64,000 nucleotides of DNA from Leucoraja erinacea (GCF_028641065.1 NC_073391.1:27404001-27468000); one strand, 5' to 3'; positions 49,510 through 63,726 are shown, counted from the first letter of the stretch. The notes: generated from the sequence alone by a model not told the origin. Translations and numbers: made by a program.

Positions 49510-52272
49510 TATAACAACCAATATAGAACAACAACCAAAAATGTGTAAATTGTTGAAAAGAATTGGTAAAATTTTGATCTGAACATCAACATCATTAGAT
49601 TCTCAACCAAAGACCATTGAAAATACCCACGAGGGGGGACAGGAATCAACCAATCCAAAACAATTATATAAACAAAGAATTTGCCTTAGTTGTTCCATGA
49701 TAGTTTAAAACAAGAGAAAACATTTAACCCTAATTTGAATTAGGGTTCTTGTTAATTAATAACTTTTCAAGTGTTGACATGCCACAGGCTAAGAGCTTTT
49801 GTGAAATTATTACGTCAATTACGAGAGATCTGACCAACAACTGGGAGATGACATGGCTTGATTCGACAGCTATTACAAGAAATTCACTGCCTATCTTTTA
49901 AAATAAAGGTCCTGTAATATAAATGATCATGATTTTGACTGGGTGAATCATGAATTATAATGCTGATTGGCAAAAACATACCATAAAAACATACAAAAAC
50001 ATAGAAAACTTAAAGGGGGGGGGGGGGGGGGGGGGGGTTTGAGGAGAAATTATATAAGGGAAACATTAACTGAAGTATGAGAAACCTATACCTTACATAC
50101 TACAAAAATACAAGTTTTAACAACACATCAACTCACAAAACAAAATACTCAAGGTTTCCTAAAGAATAAACTAAAGAAAGGGTGCGTCAGAACTTTGGAC
50201 TAAGGCCATCCCTTTGGCACCACAGATGCTGTTTGACTGCCGAGCTCTGCCAGTTGTTTACTTATTGCAACCAAAAGCTGTCGGTGAAGGCAGGAGTTCA
50301 AGAGGAATGTAGATTTCACGGAAAGATACAGCACAATGCTGACAGGAACAAGGTCACAAAGATTTAAATAAAGGGGGCGAGACGTTTAACGAGGTCTTAA
50401 TGAACCAACACAACAATGACGACTAATGAGATCTGTGTAGTGTTATGCAAGCACTTAAATTTATGCATTATGAAAGTTGAGAGGTTGTCCAGAAAAACAT
50501 TGAAAGACTTACTGTGTAATAAGGAACTGCAGATGCTGGTTTAAACTTACAAACAACTTACTTTTGAATGTGCTAAAATGAGAGATGATCTTATAGAAAT
50601 ATATAAGACTATTAAGGGATTGGACACGCTAGAGGCAAGAAACATATTTCCGATGCTGGGGGAGTCCAGAACCAGGGGCCACAGTTTAAGAATAAGGGGT
50701 AGGCCATTTAGAACGGAAATTAGGAAAAACCTTTTCACTTGGAGAGTTGTGAATCTGTTGAATTCTCTTGTCTCAGAAGGCAGTGGAGGCCCATTCTCTG
50801 GATGCTTTCAAGAGAGAGTTAGATTGTGGATGATCAACCATGATCAGTGAATGTCGGTGCTGGCTCGAAGGCCCGAATGGCCTACTCCTACAACTATTGT
50901 CTGGCTACTGTTAAGATTACTGATAGTGACACATCCTGAAGGAAAACAAGACCCTTTCTGCACAAAGTGCATGGCAATCAGACTGAAAATGTACAGAAAG
51001 TGGCAAAGGAAAATTACCCCAAAACAAGAATCAAATGACAGATTTACTGCTTTGGTCTGTCTCGCATTTTAAAAATGGCTGTATTATCAAACCTCAATAC
51101 CAGTTAGTCTTCACTTTTTCTTCAGTAACATCACTATCATATTTACTGAAAAACAAGAATTGCAGGTACACATCATGGATAGCCACCCACACCCAAACTG
51201 CATCAAAAATGTTACAAGCTAAGCATTTAAATTTACTTCTAATTACATTTTTACTTAACAGATTTACAGTTTAGTTGAATAATCCTACTGATGCAAATGG
51301 CAGCCTGCGTTAGATGGGTTCTGAAGCATAATTCCAAGATTTAATCTGACAAATCGTACCACGTACCGAGACATGATGCACTCTTGAAAGCAAGTCACAA
51401 GGGATGGTAAATTATGCTTCAGTTTACCTGTTTCCATAACTCAAGCATGTATAATACCTGCGAGCCGATCCAAAAAAAATCTCATGGCCTGAAAAGCTAT
51501 CTCAAGCATCACAAAATTAAACAGAGATCTGATTTATTCATAACTGTCTGCATGAAACTGCTACTGCATTCATTTAATTAACAATCAAACACAAAAACAA
51601 TTATTTGTTAACATGTTACTGGCAGAAGTATTACAAAGCAACAGGATATAAATATAAATAAATATTTACAACCCCAAAGGCAGTAAATAAAACCCAAAAT
51701 ACCAAGATTGCCTGGAGAGAATAATTAAGGTTGCTTTATTTTAAACTAATTTAAAAGGCAATGATTGATCGTGGTAAGGAGCCCCTAGCTTTGTCACAGA
51801 TTTAAATGATTCCCATTAGTTTAACTAAAAACAAAAGGAGGCGACAAGAAACCTAACAACAGACAAAATAAAGAGATAAAGCCCAGAATGTTTAGAATAA
51901 AAAGCCTTTATTATAATGTGACCAAAGTAGTTGTTGGGGAAGGAAGTCAAATTAACCCAGTGGCTCGACCACAGCACGTGGTGTCTGCAACGTGCTGCCT
52001 TTAAAAGTTATTTAACTTTAAAGTATTTACTTTTGAAGGCAGCAACATGTGAAAACAATGTTTTTTTTTTATTTTAAACGTCCTTTTTTAATGATCGAAA
52101 TATGCAAATAGAAAGTGGAATGCAAAATAAAGATTTAAATCCTAAACCAGTTTACCTTGCACGTACTGAACAAAATTTTGCATGTATACATGTTTGTACT
52201 AAGGGTCCTGCAGATACCACTGAGTCTGTCATCGTTGGCACATTCTCTCTCTCACACACACACACACAGTAC

Positions 52273-52318
52273 CTGCTGCTGGAGGATTGCTGAATTTCGG
52301 CTCTGCCTCTGTTGCCAT
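52273..52318 (-). CDS. PDCD4: PDCD4 coding exon 1 (MATEAEPKFSNPPAA, phase 1)
   Basis: ATG in strong context (aatATGG) inside a CpG island; 46 nt to CAG|GTACTG donor; phase 1 matches next exon; MATE(A/V)E start resembles teleost Pdcd4 N-termini (recall). Confidence 0.85.
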
Positions 52319-52329
52319 ATTTGCAAAGA

Positions 52330-52890
52330 AATCGGGATCGGTTCGAAGGGCTGTTTATGTTGCCGGGGGTGGGGGTAATTCGCTGCTCCCTCTCACCCCA
52401 CTTTCCCTTTCCCCTTCCCCTCCAACCCAGCGCCTGCAGCGCCTCGAACTTAAATGAAAACAAATCCGTTCCTCTCAGACCCAGTCTCTGGGAGCAGAAG
52501 GCTTCGGGGATTCGGCACAGATGTATGATTACGATGGGAGAGTGTTAAGGGTGCAGGTTGCCGTGGTTTGTTGCTGTCGAGAGCTATGATTTCATTGACA
52601 ACGAGCTACTGCTGCCTACGACCCCCCTCTCAACGCTTGGCTTCCAGTCGCTTCTGTTTGTTTTCCTCCCGCGACCTCGCCTCACGTGGGTAGCAACAAC
52701 GTCGTCCATTCGTCGCCAAGCCGCCGACACGTCCAATCGCCGGAGCGCTTGCACCGATGTTGGTGCTTCGCTGCCGCGACCAATCAAAAATGACGTATCT
52801 TCCCCCCCTTCCCTCACCCACGGGGAGGCAGCAGCCTGAGGGGCTGAATGGCCGCAGCCAGCTCGCTCGACTATGAGCCACGTGAAGGCC
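52330..52890 (-). promoter_or_regulatory. PDCD4: PDCD4 CpG-island promoter / 5' UTR
   Basis: CpG-rich; CCAAT at 52733-52737 and 52780-52784; CACGTG E-boxes at 52683 and 52879; TGACGT at 52791; immediately upstream of the ATG exon. Confidence 0.8.
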
Positions 52891-52896
52891 CTAAGG

Positions 52897-53095
52897 CAGG
52901 GGTTCCCAACCCTTTTTCGACCCATGGCAACTTTAATAGTACATAACAATGTTATTTCACTTATTTATGTACCAAATATGATGAACAGATACCAGTATAC
53001 CAGAAGCAAACACAGTCAGTCAATGAGAAAATGTTTTTACAAATATGTCCAAATCCAGAATCAACAGTAAATTTACCCCAGGTTGGGAACCCTGG
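52897..53095. mobile_element. hAT Charlie-type MITE at the PDCD4 promoter edge
   Basis: TIR CAGGGGTTCCCAACC / GGTTGGGAACCCTGG; perfect 8-bp TSD CCCTAAGG. Confidence 0.9.
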
Positions 53096-54274
53096 CCCTA
53101 AGGCATAGGAGCATAATTAGGCCTTTCAGCCGTAGAGTCACACAGCGTGGAAACGAACCCTTCAGTCCAACTCATCCATGCCAACCATGTTGTCCCATCT
53201 ACACCAGTCCGACCTGCCTGCATTTGACCCATATCCCTCTAAAATTCAACAGGGAAACGCTTAAATAGAAAGCAGGACTTGTATTTCATATCCCTTTCAG
53301 AATGCCCCAAAATGAATTGCGTTTGAATATTTATCTGTTATAATGCAAATAATATGCAGTAAGGTTGGGCTCCCATATGCACCAATGACCGGATATTTTT
53401 TTTAATTGTTTTGGTTGAGGAAATACTGTCCAGGACATGGAATATGAAATGCCTGAGGTAAAACAATGATAAAAGTGGAGAAATTGAATAACTCTATGAT
53501 ATTAATGCACTGCAATGATGGATTCAATTGTCTCTTTCTTTAGAGCATAATTCTTTAATATACTTGGATTATATAAAACTGGCATTTGTTGTTTTAAAAT
53601 TGTGAAATATTGATATAATTACCATTTTGAGGCTGTATTTCCAGGTTTAATGGGACTCAGAAAATGGGATCAAGCACCATTCTTCATTGGAACATATCTT
53701 GTGAAATGTCATTCTTCAAACTAATTAGATTGGTCATACATATGGGTTTCAACAAATGCTTGTACTAATTTACTTACATGTAGAACATGGCAATTCTGCT
53801 GTTGAGATGACATTTGAGGATTTGTTGATTAAAAGTGTGGGAAGGTCTTGGTCCCAAACACTGAGGAACATTTATCCTTCCAGGTTAGGTTGAAGAGACT
53901 AGGGGTAACAGCTGAAGTCCTGAAATTCAAACCCTATTCACTTCCACTATGTCGTGTTCGTGTTTTAATGGAATTATCATCTTTGGAGACAATGACGAAT
54001 GTATTCTCAAATACAGGTCCCATGTGAGGTTGGAAAAAATAGAAACTTCAAATATAATCATAGTTTCACTTTAACCCACTTACACTCGGATTCCCTGGGC
54101 TTATGCAACCCAAACCAAGAAGGGCTGGAAGTGCCTGGTAAATGCGTTTACAGTGCTGATGGTAGGCTAAGAGGAATGGAGTACTCCCCAACTCCTAATT
54201 CTCTGGTTTGCTTGCATCCCTGTGATCTACTGAGCCATATATTCCAATCCCATCTCTGCTGTGCTGCATCCTAA

Positions 54275-54716
54275 AGGGCCTGTCCCACGAGCATGCGACT
54301 CCATGCGGCAAGCGCGACCTAAAGGGCCGGTCCCACCAGCATGCACCTGCATGCGGCAAGCGCAACCTAACGTGGTCGCTTGAGCGGTACGGCTTCGCGG
54401 GGCCGGTCCCACTTTGATTGCTGGAGCCGTATGGAGTTGTGCGGAGCTGGTCCTGACATCGCGCGGGGCTCCGAAAAACTGACCATGTTTAAAAATTCCG
54501 CAAGGCATCGGCCTGCCGGTCCGCAGCCGCCTCGACGCCGTACGCACCATCGAACGGGCGTGCGCAGCCGCCTCGACGCCGTGTCACTCACTCGACCTCC
54601 GCTCGGCTCCCGCTTCTGGTTTGGTCGTGCTTGCCGCATGCAGGCGCATGCTGGTGGGACCGGCCCTTTAGGTCGCGCTTGCCGCATACAGGTCGCATGC
54701 TCATGGGACAGGCTCT
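54275..54716. mobile_element. Nested PIF/Harbinger MITEs (inner 54323-54667 within an outer hairpin element)
   Basis: Two concentric pairs of AGGGCC(T/G)GTCCCAC TIRs, inner flanked by TAA/TTA and outer by TAA/TCA. Confidence 0.85.
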
Positions 54717-55264
54717 TCACGATCTCTGTAGTGTCCAAATGGCCTCCAGCTTCCCGCGAACCCAGTCTTCAGTTGCCTTGTAAATATAAGGATCTTTCTT
54801 TATCAACAAATAAACAACTTCTTGACCACTGATTGTTTAGTTTAGTCAACTATTGTCATGTGCACCGAGGTACAGTGAAAAGTTTTTTTTGTTGCATGCT
54901 ATCCAGTCAGCGAAATTACTATACATAATTACAATTGAGGCGTTCACCGTGTGCAGATACAGCATAAAGGTTATAACGTTTAGTGGAAGATAAAATCCAG
55001 TAAAGTGTTAATAAAGACAGTTTGAAGGTCTCCAATGAGGTAGATGGAAGGTCATAACAGCTCTCTAGTTGGTGGGAGGATCATCCAGTTGCCTGATAAC
55101 AGCTGGGAAGAAACTGTCCCAACCTGTCATTTTCTTTTTTCAAGTTACCTGCCTTCATGGTGTTTATCTTTAGTTTTTTTAGGAGTTTCACCTACTGGGT
55201 GTGCATATTTTTGTGCAGGTTTCTGTTGGCTCTCTCTTATTAGAGAGATCCATGTGGTCTTCAG

Positions 55265-55672
55265 CAAAGATCTTATAGCAAGCAAGATAGATCACCTTCT
55301 AAATGCAATGGGCTGATGTGCAGTACGCAACAGAGCGGAACGTGGGTCTTGTTTTCATCCATTCCAGTAACCCGACCCGACCCGACCCGAGCCGATCCGA
55401 CTCGCAGTGTAATCAGCGTTGCGGGGAAACAGTTTGTGCTAATAAATTATAATTCTGAAAATGAGGAGAAGATTTTACCCAAATAACTTTTATTTTTACG
55501 AGGATGTTTCCGTAACCGGCTTCCGTCTCCGCACTAGTAACCTATGGGACCTTTAGTGCAGAGACGGAAGCCGGTTATGGAAATGGGGCCAAAAATTACC
55601 CATGAATCTGCCCATGACCGTACTACGTCTTTTTCGTCAAGAGATCTATCTTGCTTTGCTGTAGGATCTTTG
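55265..55672. mobile_element. P-element-like MITE (CAAAGATC termini, 8-bp TSD)
   Basis: TIR CAAAGATCTTATAGC-AAGCAAGATAGA / TCTATCTTGCTTTGCTGTAGGATCTTTG; TSD GTCTTCAG/GACTTCAG; internal hairpin ~55509-55583 and ACCCG repeats. Superfamily assignment is inference. Confidence 0.7.
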
Positions 55673-57954
55673 GACTTCAGTGTCAAGTTAGTTTGTATTT
55701 TTACCCAGTCAACAACGAATTCTCATTTAGCATAAAACCTGAAAGGCAGCAAAGACAACCACTCAATTGGATTCAATTTAAATCCAAGGTTCAACGAGAA
55801 AGTGCTCTGCTGATGAAAGTCTGTTTCAAAACCATGCCAAAGTAGGTTCTGCAAAATATTGGGGATGTATGAAACTTTAAGAGCAATATGTACCATGTGC
55901 TATGACTTAATTTGTAGGATATTACAGTTAATTGGCTGTTGTTAGTGATCAATAAAGGGTGTTTGGCTGGAAGGTCAATAATGTTTTACTTGTCTTTCTA
56001 AACAGTAAAGTAGAGAAGAACCTACAGACACTTCAGTTCCCATATTGGTTCTATGAAGAGGTGCTACATGAGTTAAAAGTGCTGGTGAATTGTATTAAAA
56101 AACTCTGATGATAGGTCAATTTCAAATTGGTATCTATGACCCATGAAACAAAAATGCTCAAAGTTGTAAGATTTCGTCCAATCAAAAATTCAGGATTTTT
56201 TTCTCCTTGTTCCAAAAATCACTATGAATCACTATTGGCCTATTATATTTCCTTTAATTGCACAAATAGTTAACTATCATCCCTTCTTCTCACCCCCTCA
56301 AACTTATCTCAGACCGTCAACATAGGCTGAAATGTGTTAGGCCCTGCCAGACACCAGGCATCAAAATAAATTGCTGGTGTTTACATCTTATCTATTTTAT
56401 TCAGGTGACTCAAGGCCAAACTTATTTATGTTCAGGTCTTTGTTTCTGCATATTTTGACTAAATTCTCACTATTAAGCTAAAGTATCTAATGATGTTTTT
56501 TCATTCAAATCAGAAATAATTACTGAATAAGTTAGGCTTAACCTGGCCATGGTTTTTACAGTTATTTCCTACCTTTGGTTACTTTTAGTCATTACCTGTC
56601 ATAGATCATTAAATGTTAGCATTGCATGTTGCCAGGTTTCTGCATCATGCTTCACATCTTCAGAGAAAGGATTTTATATCAGGAATTGTTACATTTATTG
56701 GCAATGAAGTGGAAACTGTAAAATATGCAAATTTGAAATAGAGCACGATACGTCTGCTGACATTCAAAAAGGAATAAATATTAAGAGAGAAAATTTGCAT
56801 TCAGAATCCTTGTTTCCCAGTTTTCAGTTATGATTATTTAAATAAGCAGGAAACAACGTACATGAAAAACCATCAGACTTCTTATATGCTTTCATAAATT
56901 AATGCCATATGACAGAATCGGATATTTTGCCCATCGAGTCTACTCCACCATTCAATCATGGTTGATCTATCTTTCCCTCTCAACCCCATTCACCTGCATT
57001 CTCCCCATAACCTTTGACAACCTTACCAATCAAGAATCTGTCATTCTCCACTTTGTAAATACGCATTGACTTAGCCTCCATTGCCGTCCGTGACAATGAA
57101 TTCCACAGATTCGCCACCTTCAGGCCGTACCGTGAGAAAATGGCGACTTTATGTCCTGATCAATATCCATTCCTTAGCTAGAATTGCTGAAAAAGATTAT
57201 CTGGTGTTTGTTAGGCCTTGCATTGTGCTAAGTGGCAGCCATTAATATATCACCTCTTCAAGTAGAAATAAGACTTTTGGTTCATGACAAACATTGACAA
57301 TGTACTAAAGTTCTGTATTTGTTTAGTTCCTGATAGAGGAGCATTAGTGCCATTTGAAATTCTCAAACATTTGAATTCTCAAATTAAAGACTAAATTTTA
57401 ACAGCTGGTGGGAAACCTTGTTGCTGAGTTAATCCTCTGTCTGCTGATATCAGAAGCTAGTCCATCTGATTGTATTGCCCATGTAGGATTTGAAATGAAA
57501 CATTGCTTCTTTTTAGTGGGTTAAAAATCATATTTTAAGTTTTTGTAAACATCTGGTCTGTAACCTAAGATGAAGCACCATCATAAAAAAAAATCTATAA
57601 TCTTTTCACTATTTCATTGGGGATTGCAAACCAGGCACAAGAATGCTGTTTGTGGGTTATGAAAGTGAATATCCACACATTATCTTCATAATTAACTCAA
57701 CATTTCATAATAGTCTTTTTGTCATCTATGTACAAGGCTGTGCTTGAATATTGTTAGGGAATTTTAACCTTGCATGTTCAGACTTGTTTTGGTACTGCCC
57801 TAGCCACCTGAAGGAAGTTACTATCCCTTTGTCTCTTTGCTAACTAAATGTTGTGTAAGGTAAAGTAATTCAAACTAGTTTTCTATTATCTCAAACACAG
57901 CCATGGGTGAATAATTGAAGGAAAAGATGGTTCTCATCTACTTACATAAGATCA

Positions 57955-59110
57955 AAAAAAGACACAGCGCTAGAGTACCGGTAACTCAGCAGGTCAGGCA
58001 GCATCTCTGGAGAACATGAATAGGTCTTCTTCAGACTGATAGGCAGATGGGGGGACAAAAGCCAGAGATGAAAGGACAAAAGCAGTGAAGTGAAGATAGA
58101 AGTGCAAATTGTGAGGCCAGGAATTTAGGTGGAAGGGGAGCGAGATGGGAGAAATGGGTGCGCATCGAGGTGGGCAGAGGGTAGATGAGGGTGGCGGTGG
58201 AGGGGGGGGGGGGGGGGGGGGGGGGTAGGGAAAGCGAGATGGAGAGGGAGAGGGAATGGTAGGTTATTTACCTAAAATTGGGTCATTCAATGTTCATAAC
58301 GTTAGGTTATATCTACCCAAGCGGAATATGAGGCCCTGTTCCTCATGTTTGTGTGTGGTAATGGGGGAGGCCCAGGACAGAAAGGTCAGTGTGGCAATGG
58401 GAAGGGGAGTTAATATAATTAATAACTGTAGACTTAGGCAGACTAAGCATAAGCGTTCAGTGAAACGGTCGCTGAGTCTAAGTTTGGTCTCGTCGATGTA
58501 CAGGAGGCCACATTGGGAATACTGGGTATAGCAGATGAGATTAGAGGAAGTGCATTTGAACCTCAATCTCCTCTGGATGGGCGGCTCGGGTCTCTGGATG
58601 GATGTGAGGGAGGAGGTATAAGGACATGTGCCACATCTCCTGAGGTTGCAGGGGAAAGTATCTGTGTAGGGAGTGGTTTGGGTGGGAGCGGATGAGTGGA
58701 CGATGTGGTTGTGGAAGGAGTGGTCTCTGTGGAAGGTGGAAAGAGGTGGAAATGGAAAGATGTGACTGGTGGTGCGATCACTTTGAAGGTGGCAGAAATG
58801 TCAGAGAATGATGTGTTGGATGTGCAGGCAGGTGGGTGTGAAAGGTGAGGACCAGATAAACTTAGCCTTGTTCCGTCTGAAAGGAGGGCGAGTGAGAGTA
58901 GAACTAAGCCTCATTTAGGGAGCAGATACGGCAGAGGCAGAGAATTTGAGAGAAGGTTTTTGCAAGAGGCAGGGCTGGGGGAGCTGTAGTCCAGATATGC
59001 GAGTCAATAGCTTTTTAGTAGCTGTCGATCGATAATCTGTTCTCTGTGATGGGGACAGAGAGATCGAGAAAGAGGCCAGTATAATCCAAGTGAATTTGAG
59101 GGCAGGGTGG
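57955..59110 (-). mobile_element. Penelope-like retroelement 3' fragment (GIY-YIG endonuclease)
   Basis: ORF 58294..58566 FKCTSSNLI...CGLLYIDETKLRLSDRF; Penelope 3' tail at 57955-58040. Other fragments at ~61140-61475, 62700-63500, 20880-21260, 10780-10980. Confidence 0.8.
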
Positions 59111-60195
59111 AAGTTGCCTGAATACAGCTGGAAATAAACTGTCTTTGAGTCTGGAGGTATGCGTTTTCACAATTCTGTACCTCTTGCCTGATGGGAGAGA
59201 GGAGAAGAGGGTGTCTGGGGTGTGACTCGTCCTTGATCATGCTGGTGGGGTTGCTGAGGCAGGATGGTGTAGATGGAATCAATGGATGGGATATTGGTTT
59301 GTGTGATGATCTGGGCTGCGTCCACAATTCTCTGCAATTTCTTACGATCTTGGATGGAGCTGTTCCCGAACCATGCTGTGATGAAATGTTTTCTACAGCA
59401 CATCTGTAGAAGTTGCTGAGGAGTTGTTGGTGGCAGGCCAAACTTATTAAACATTCTAAGGAAGTAGAGGCGTTGGTGTGCTTTCTTTGCCATGGCTTTG
59501 ATATGGCTTGTCCAGTACAAGTTGATATATACTCCTAGGAACTTGAAGCTTTCTACCATCTCTACTTTGGCACCATCAATGCATACCAGGGCATGTTTAC
59601 CGCTTTGCTTCCTGTAGTCAATCACAATCTCTTTTGCCATGCCAACATTAAGGGAAAGGTCATTGGTGCCAGGATACGAGGTTCTCAATCTTGTTCCTGT
59701 ACTCCATCTCGTTGTTATTTGATATATAGCCCACTACGGTGGTGACCTGCGATTTTGTAAATTGAGTTGGATTTGTATTTGGCTGCACAGTCGTGGGTAT
59801 ACAGGGAGTCTGTAGAACGCATCCTTGTGGGGTACCAGTGTTGAGGATGAGATTATCTTAGAGGATGATTTGTCACCTATCCTCACTGATTGTGGTCCAT
59901 TGATCCAGTTGCAGAGGTGAGTGCTGACTCCAAGTTCCATGAGTTTGGAGATGAGCTGGAATGGGGTAATGGTATTGAAAACAGAGCAGCAGCCTATGAA
60001 TAAAAGTCTGACATAGGTGTTTCACTTATCCAGGTGTTCCAAGGATGAGTGCAGGATCAGGGAGATGGCATCAGCCGTGGGAAAACTACCATGGACCAAG
60101 TTTGCTTGGTAGACTGGATTTAATGTGTTCCATAATTAGCCCCTCAAGCACTTTATGTTGGTGGATATCAAGGCCATTGGATGGTAGTCATTAAG
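59110..60195 (-). mobile_element. Rex1/Babar-like LINE fragment
   Basis: ORF 59167..59688 (LSLNV..KEIVIDYRK...FKFLGV...KKAHQRLYFLR) and 59734..59940. Confidence 0.8.
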
Positions 60196-61482
60196 GCATG
60201 ATTCTTTAGACTTCCTTCATTGTCTAATTATCTGGATCTATGGGTTAGCATTGGTGGCTAAGGAAAATACCTAGTCTCTACCACATTTTAAGTTTGGAAT
60301 AAATTCAAAATGTTCCAAATTTCCATTATCCTGCTAAAAGCATATATGGAAAATATGGGTGTCCTCTATACTTGACATTCTGATTGTTTAGAAATTGGCA
60401 GTTGTACCCAGTTTGTAACCAAAATTTTGATCGATGCTGCTGGCAAGGCAGGCTCTTAGTGGAAGGAACACTCAAACCAATAATTATCCACAATCTTCAC
60501 ACTTTTGCAAACAATGCCATATCCCAGAGGTTAAGAAAATGAACTTAAGGTGATAAAAGAAACCGATGACATTTGCTTCTGCTCAAATACTTGGAAAATA
60601 TTCCATAGAAGGATCAACTAGGACTCCTCCAACAGACAGTTGCTTTAATTGTACAGTTGGATGAGTACGCACATTCTTTGGAGCTCTTGGCAGCCCTGAT
60701 AACAGCTAGTCATCCATCCAAATGTCATGTCTGAGTGATAAGGAATGAAGTAATTGCTCAAAAGTGTTCTCACTGAACCTACTTCAACGTAAAACTGAAT
60801 GATTATACTTAGCCAGAAAGAGGCAGTGAAAGTGTAGTGGCTAATGGCTCGATATGTTGAAAGAATGAAAAATATATATCTGTGAATGGTTTGGAACATA
60901 TAGTGCATAAATTGTATCTTGATTTATTGCTTGTCAATATATAAATTGAGGTTCTGCATGATCTCCCCACAAGCTCCCCCCCCACCCCACCCCCATCCCC
61001 ATCATCCAAATTGTTCTGGAGACCACAACAGAGAAAATATTTTTTCTTTATCTACTCTGTCAATTCAAACGGTAATAGTGAATATGTGGCTTAGAAATAA
61101 AAAAAATATCGGAATCAAGACACTGTTTAGGGTTGAGTAACAAGAAACTGCAGATTTCTGGCTTACAACATAAAAGACACAAAATATTGGAGTAACTCAG
61201 CATGTCAGTCAGCATCTCCAAAGAGCGTGGATAGGTGATATTTCGGGTAGGAGACATAGACGACACCAAGCGACCGCAGGCGAGACTTGGCGACCATTTC
61301 GTTGAACATGTGCTTGGTCCAACAAAGTCCACTGGATCTCCCGGCTGCTAACCATTTTAACTCGCCTTCTCATTCCAACACTGACCCTTCTCTCCTGTGC
61401 CTCCTCCATTGCCAGAATGAGGCCATACACATACTGGAGGTACAGCACCTCATATTCCACTTGGGTAGCTTCCTCGGACATT

Positions 61483-62632
61483 ATAACCATATAACCATAT
61501 AACAATTACAGCACGGAAACAGGCCATCTCGGCCCTACAAGTCCGTGCCGAACAACTTTTTTCCCTTAGTCCCACCTGCTTGCACTCATACCATAACCCT
61601 CCATTCCCTTCTCACCCATATGCATATCCAATTTATTTTTAAATGATACCAACGAACCTGCCTCCACCACTTCCACTGGAAGCTCATTCCACACCGCTAC
61701 CACTCTCTGAGTAAAGAAGTTCCCCCTCATGTTACCCCTAAACCTCTGTCCCTTAATTCTGAAGTCATGTCCTCTTGTTTGAATCTTCCCTATTCTCAAA
61801 GGGAAAAGCTGATTCACATCAACTCTGTCTATCCCTCTCATCATTTTAAAGACCTCTATCAAGTCCCCCCCTTAACCTTCTGCGCTCCAGAGAATAAAGA
61901 CCTAACTTATTCAACCTTTCTCTGTAACTTAGTTGTTGAAACCCAGGCAACATTCTAGTAAATCTCCTCTGTACTCTCTCTATTTTGTTGACATCCTTCC
62001 TATAATTGGGCAACCAAAATTGTACACCATACTCCAGATTTGGTCTCACCAATGCCTTGTACAATTTTAACATTACATCCCAGCTTCTATACTCAATGCT
62101 CTGATTTATAAAGGCTAGCATATCAAAAGCTTTCTTTACCACCCTATCTATATGAGATTCCACCTTCAAGGAACTATGCACTGTTATTCCCAGATCCCTC
62201 TGTTCAACTGTATTCTTCAATTCCCTACCATTTACCATGTACGTCCTATTTTGATTTGTCCTGCCAAGGTGTAGCACCTCACATTTATCAGCATTAAACT
62301 CCATCTGCCATCTTTCAGCCCATTCTTCCAAATGGCCTAAATCACTCTGTAGACTTTGGAAATCCTCTTCATTATCCACAACACCCCCTATCTTGATATC
62401 ATCTGCATACTTACTAATCCAATTTACCACACCTTCATCCAGATCATTGATGTACATGACAAACAACAAAGGACCCAACACCAATCCCTGAGGCACTCCA
62501 CTAGTCACCTGCCTCCAACCCGACAAACAACCATCCACCATTACCCTCTGGCTTCTCCCATTCAGCCACTGTTGAATCCATCTTGCTGCTCCTGCATTTA
62601 TACCCAACAGTTGAACCTTCTTAACCAACCTT
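61483..62632 (-). mobile_element. CR1 LINE 3' part (RT C-terminus, 3' UTR, (ATATGGTT)n tail)
   Basis: ORFs 61846..62664 (SGVPQG, YADD, FNADKC) and 61566..61862. Confidence 0.93.
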
Positions 62633-63685
62633 GAGGAACCATGAGTAGAACCTATGCCTGTCATCCTTGTTCAATAACCAGGGCCCCCCCCCAACCTCCC
62701 TATCGAACTGCTTTTGGTGCCACCTCCTGCACCCGCACACAACTGACTGACTTCATCCACTTCACCACTAACTTCCATCCGGCACTCAAATACACCTGGA
62801 CCATTTCCGACACTTCCCTACCATTCCTTTACCCTAACCGAAACCCACTGACTATGGCTATTGAATTCCACCCTGCTTTTAGATCCCCTACTCCCACTCT
62901 AATCTGCTCCACAATTACGTTCCACAGACATCTGAAATGTCCTCACTAACCCTCCTCCACCATAAATGACGCACCAGGGTCTCCTCCGTACCCCGCAAAT
63001 GCTTCTCTCCCCAATATTACCAACAGGGCCAGTCCCCCTAGTCCTCAACCCCACCTACATACCTGTACGTGTGCGTGGAAGGAAACCAGAGCACCTGGGC
63101 TCCGCTCCCTCCATAAAACCCTTTTGGTCTCTCGGTCCACCCCCTCCCCGCGTACTTTCCCTTGCAACCGCAAGAGAAACACTCCATACTGACTCCTTTC
63201 AAGGACATGCATAGTCAGGTGCGACGAGGTTTTACCTGCATCCTTCCAACCTCATCTATTGTCACTGTCTAGATGCTGCAGCTATATCTACCGCTACGTT
63301 TCGCCGAACATTGTGCAATAACCAGCCCTAGCCTTTGGCCTGTGTCTAACCATCTGCCTATCAAAAAAATCCCTCACCTATATCGACCAGGTTTAGTTCT
63401 GCTCTGCCTCTTGTGCTGTCTCCTCCCACCCTCCCCTTCCCCCCCCCCCCCCCCCCCCCAACCCACCCCAGTTTATTTCTTCGCTCCATAGAGCTGCTGA
63501 GTTTCAGCTTTTCTGTGTAACCAGAGCACTATTTGATAGCAAAAAAAACTTACAATTACTAGATAACTAACTACATACCTGTACGTGTGCGTGGAAGGAA
63601 ACCAGAGCACCTGGGGAAAACCCATTTTGTATAAACTCCATGACACATTGACTGAAACATGAAAGAAGGTGTGTTTTGTGGTTTG

Positions 63686-63726
<41 letters not shown>

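Noticed and set aside
52156-52183. Alternative PDCD4 start exon MQNFVQYVQ with AAG|GTAAAC donor
   Set aside because: Phase-compatible but no homology; extending exon 1 to this donor hits a TGA. Not excluded without RNA data.
54227-54832. ORFs with repeated GRACRMQ motifs
   Set aside because: Translation of nested MITE TIRs.
60680-60900. Possible enhancer with TGATAA (GATA) motifs
   Set aside because: Short motifs only; conservation cannot be assessed from this sequence.
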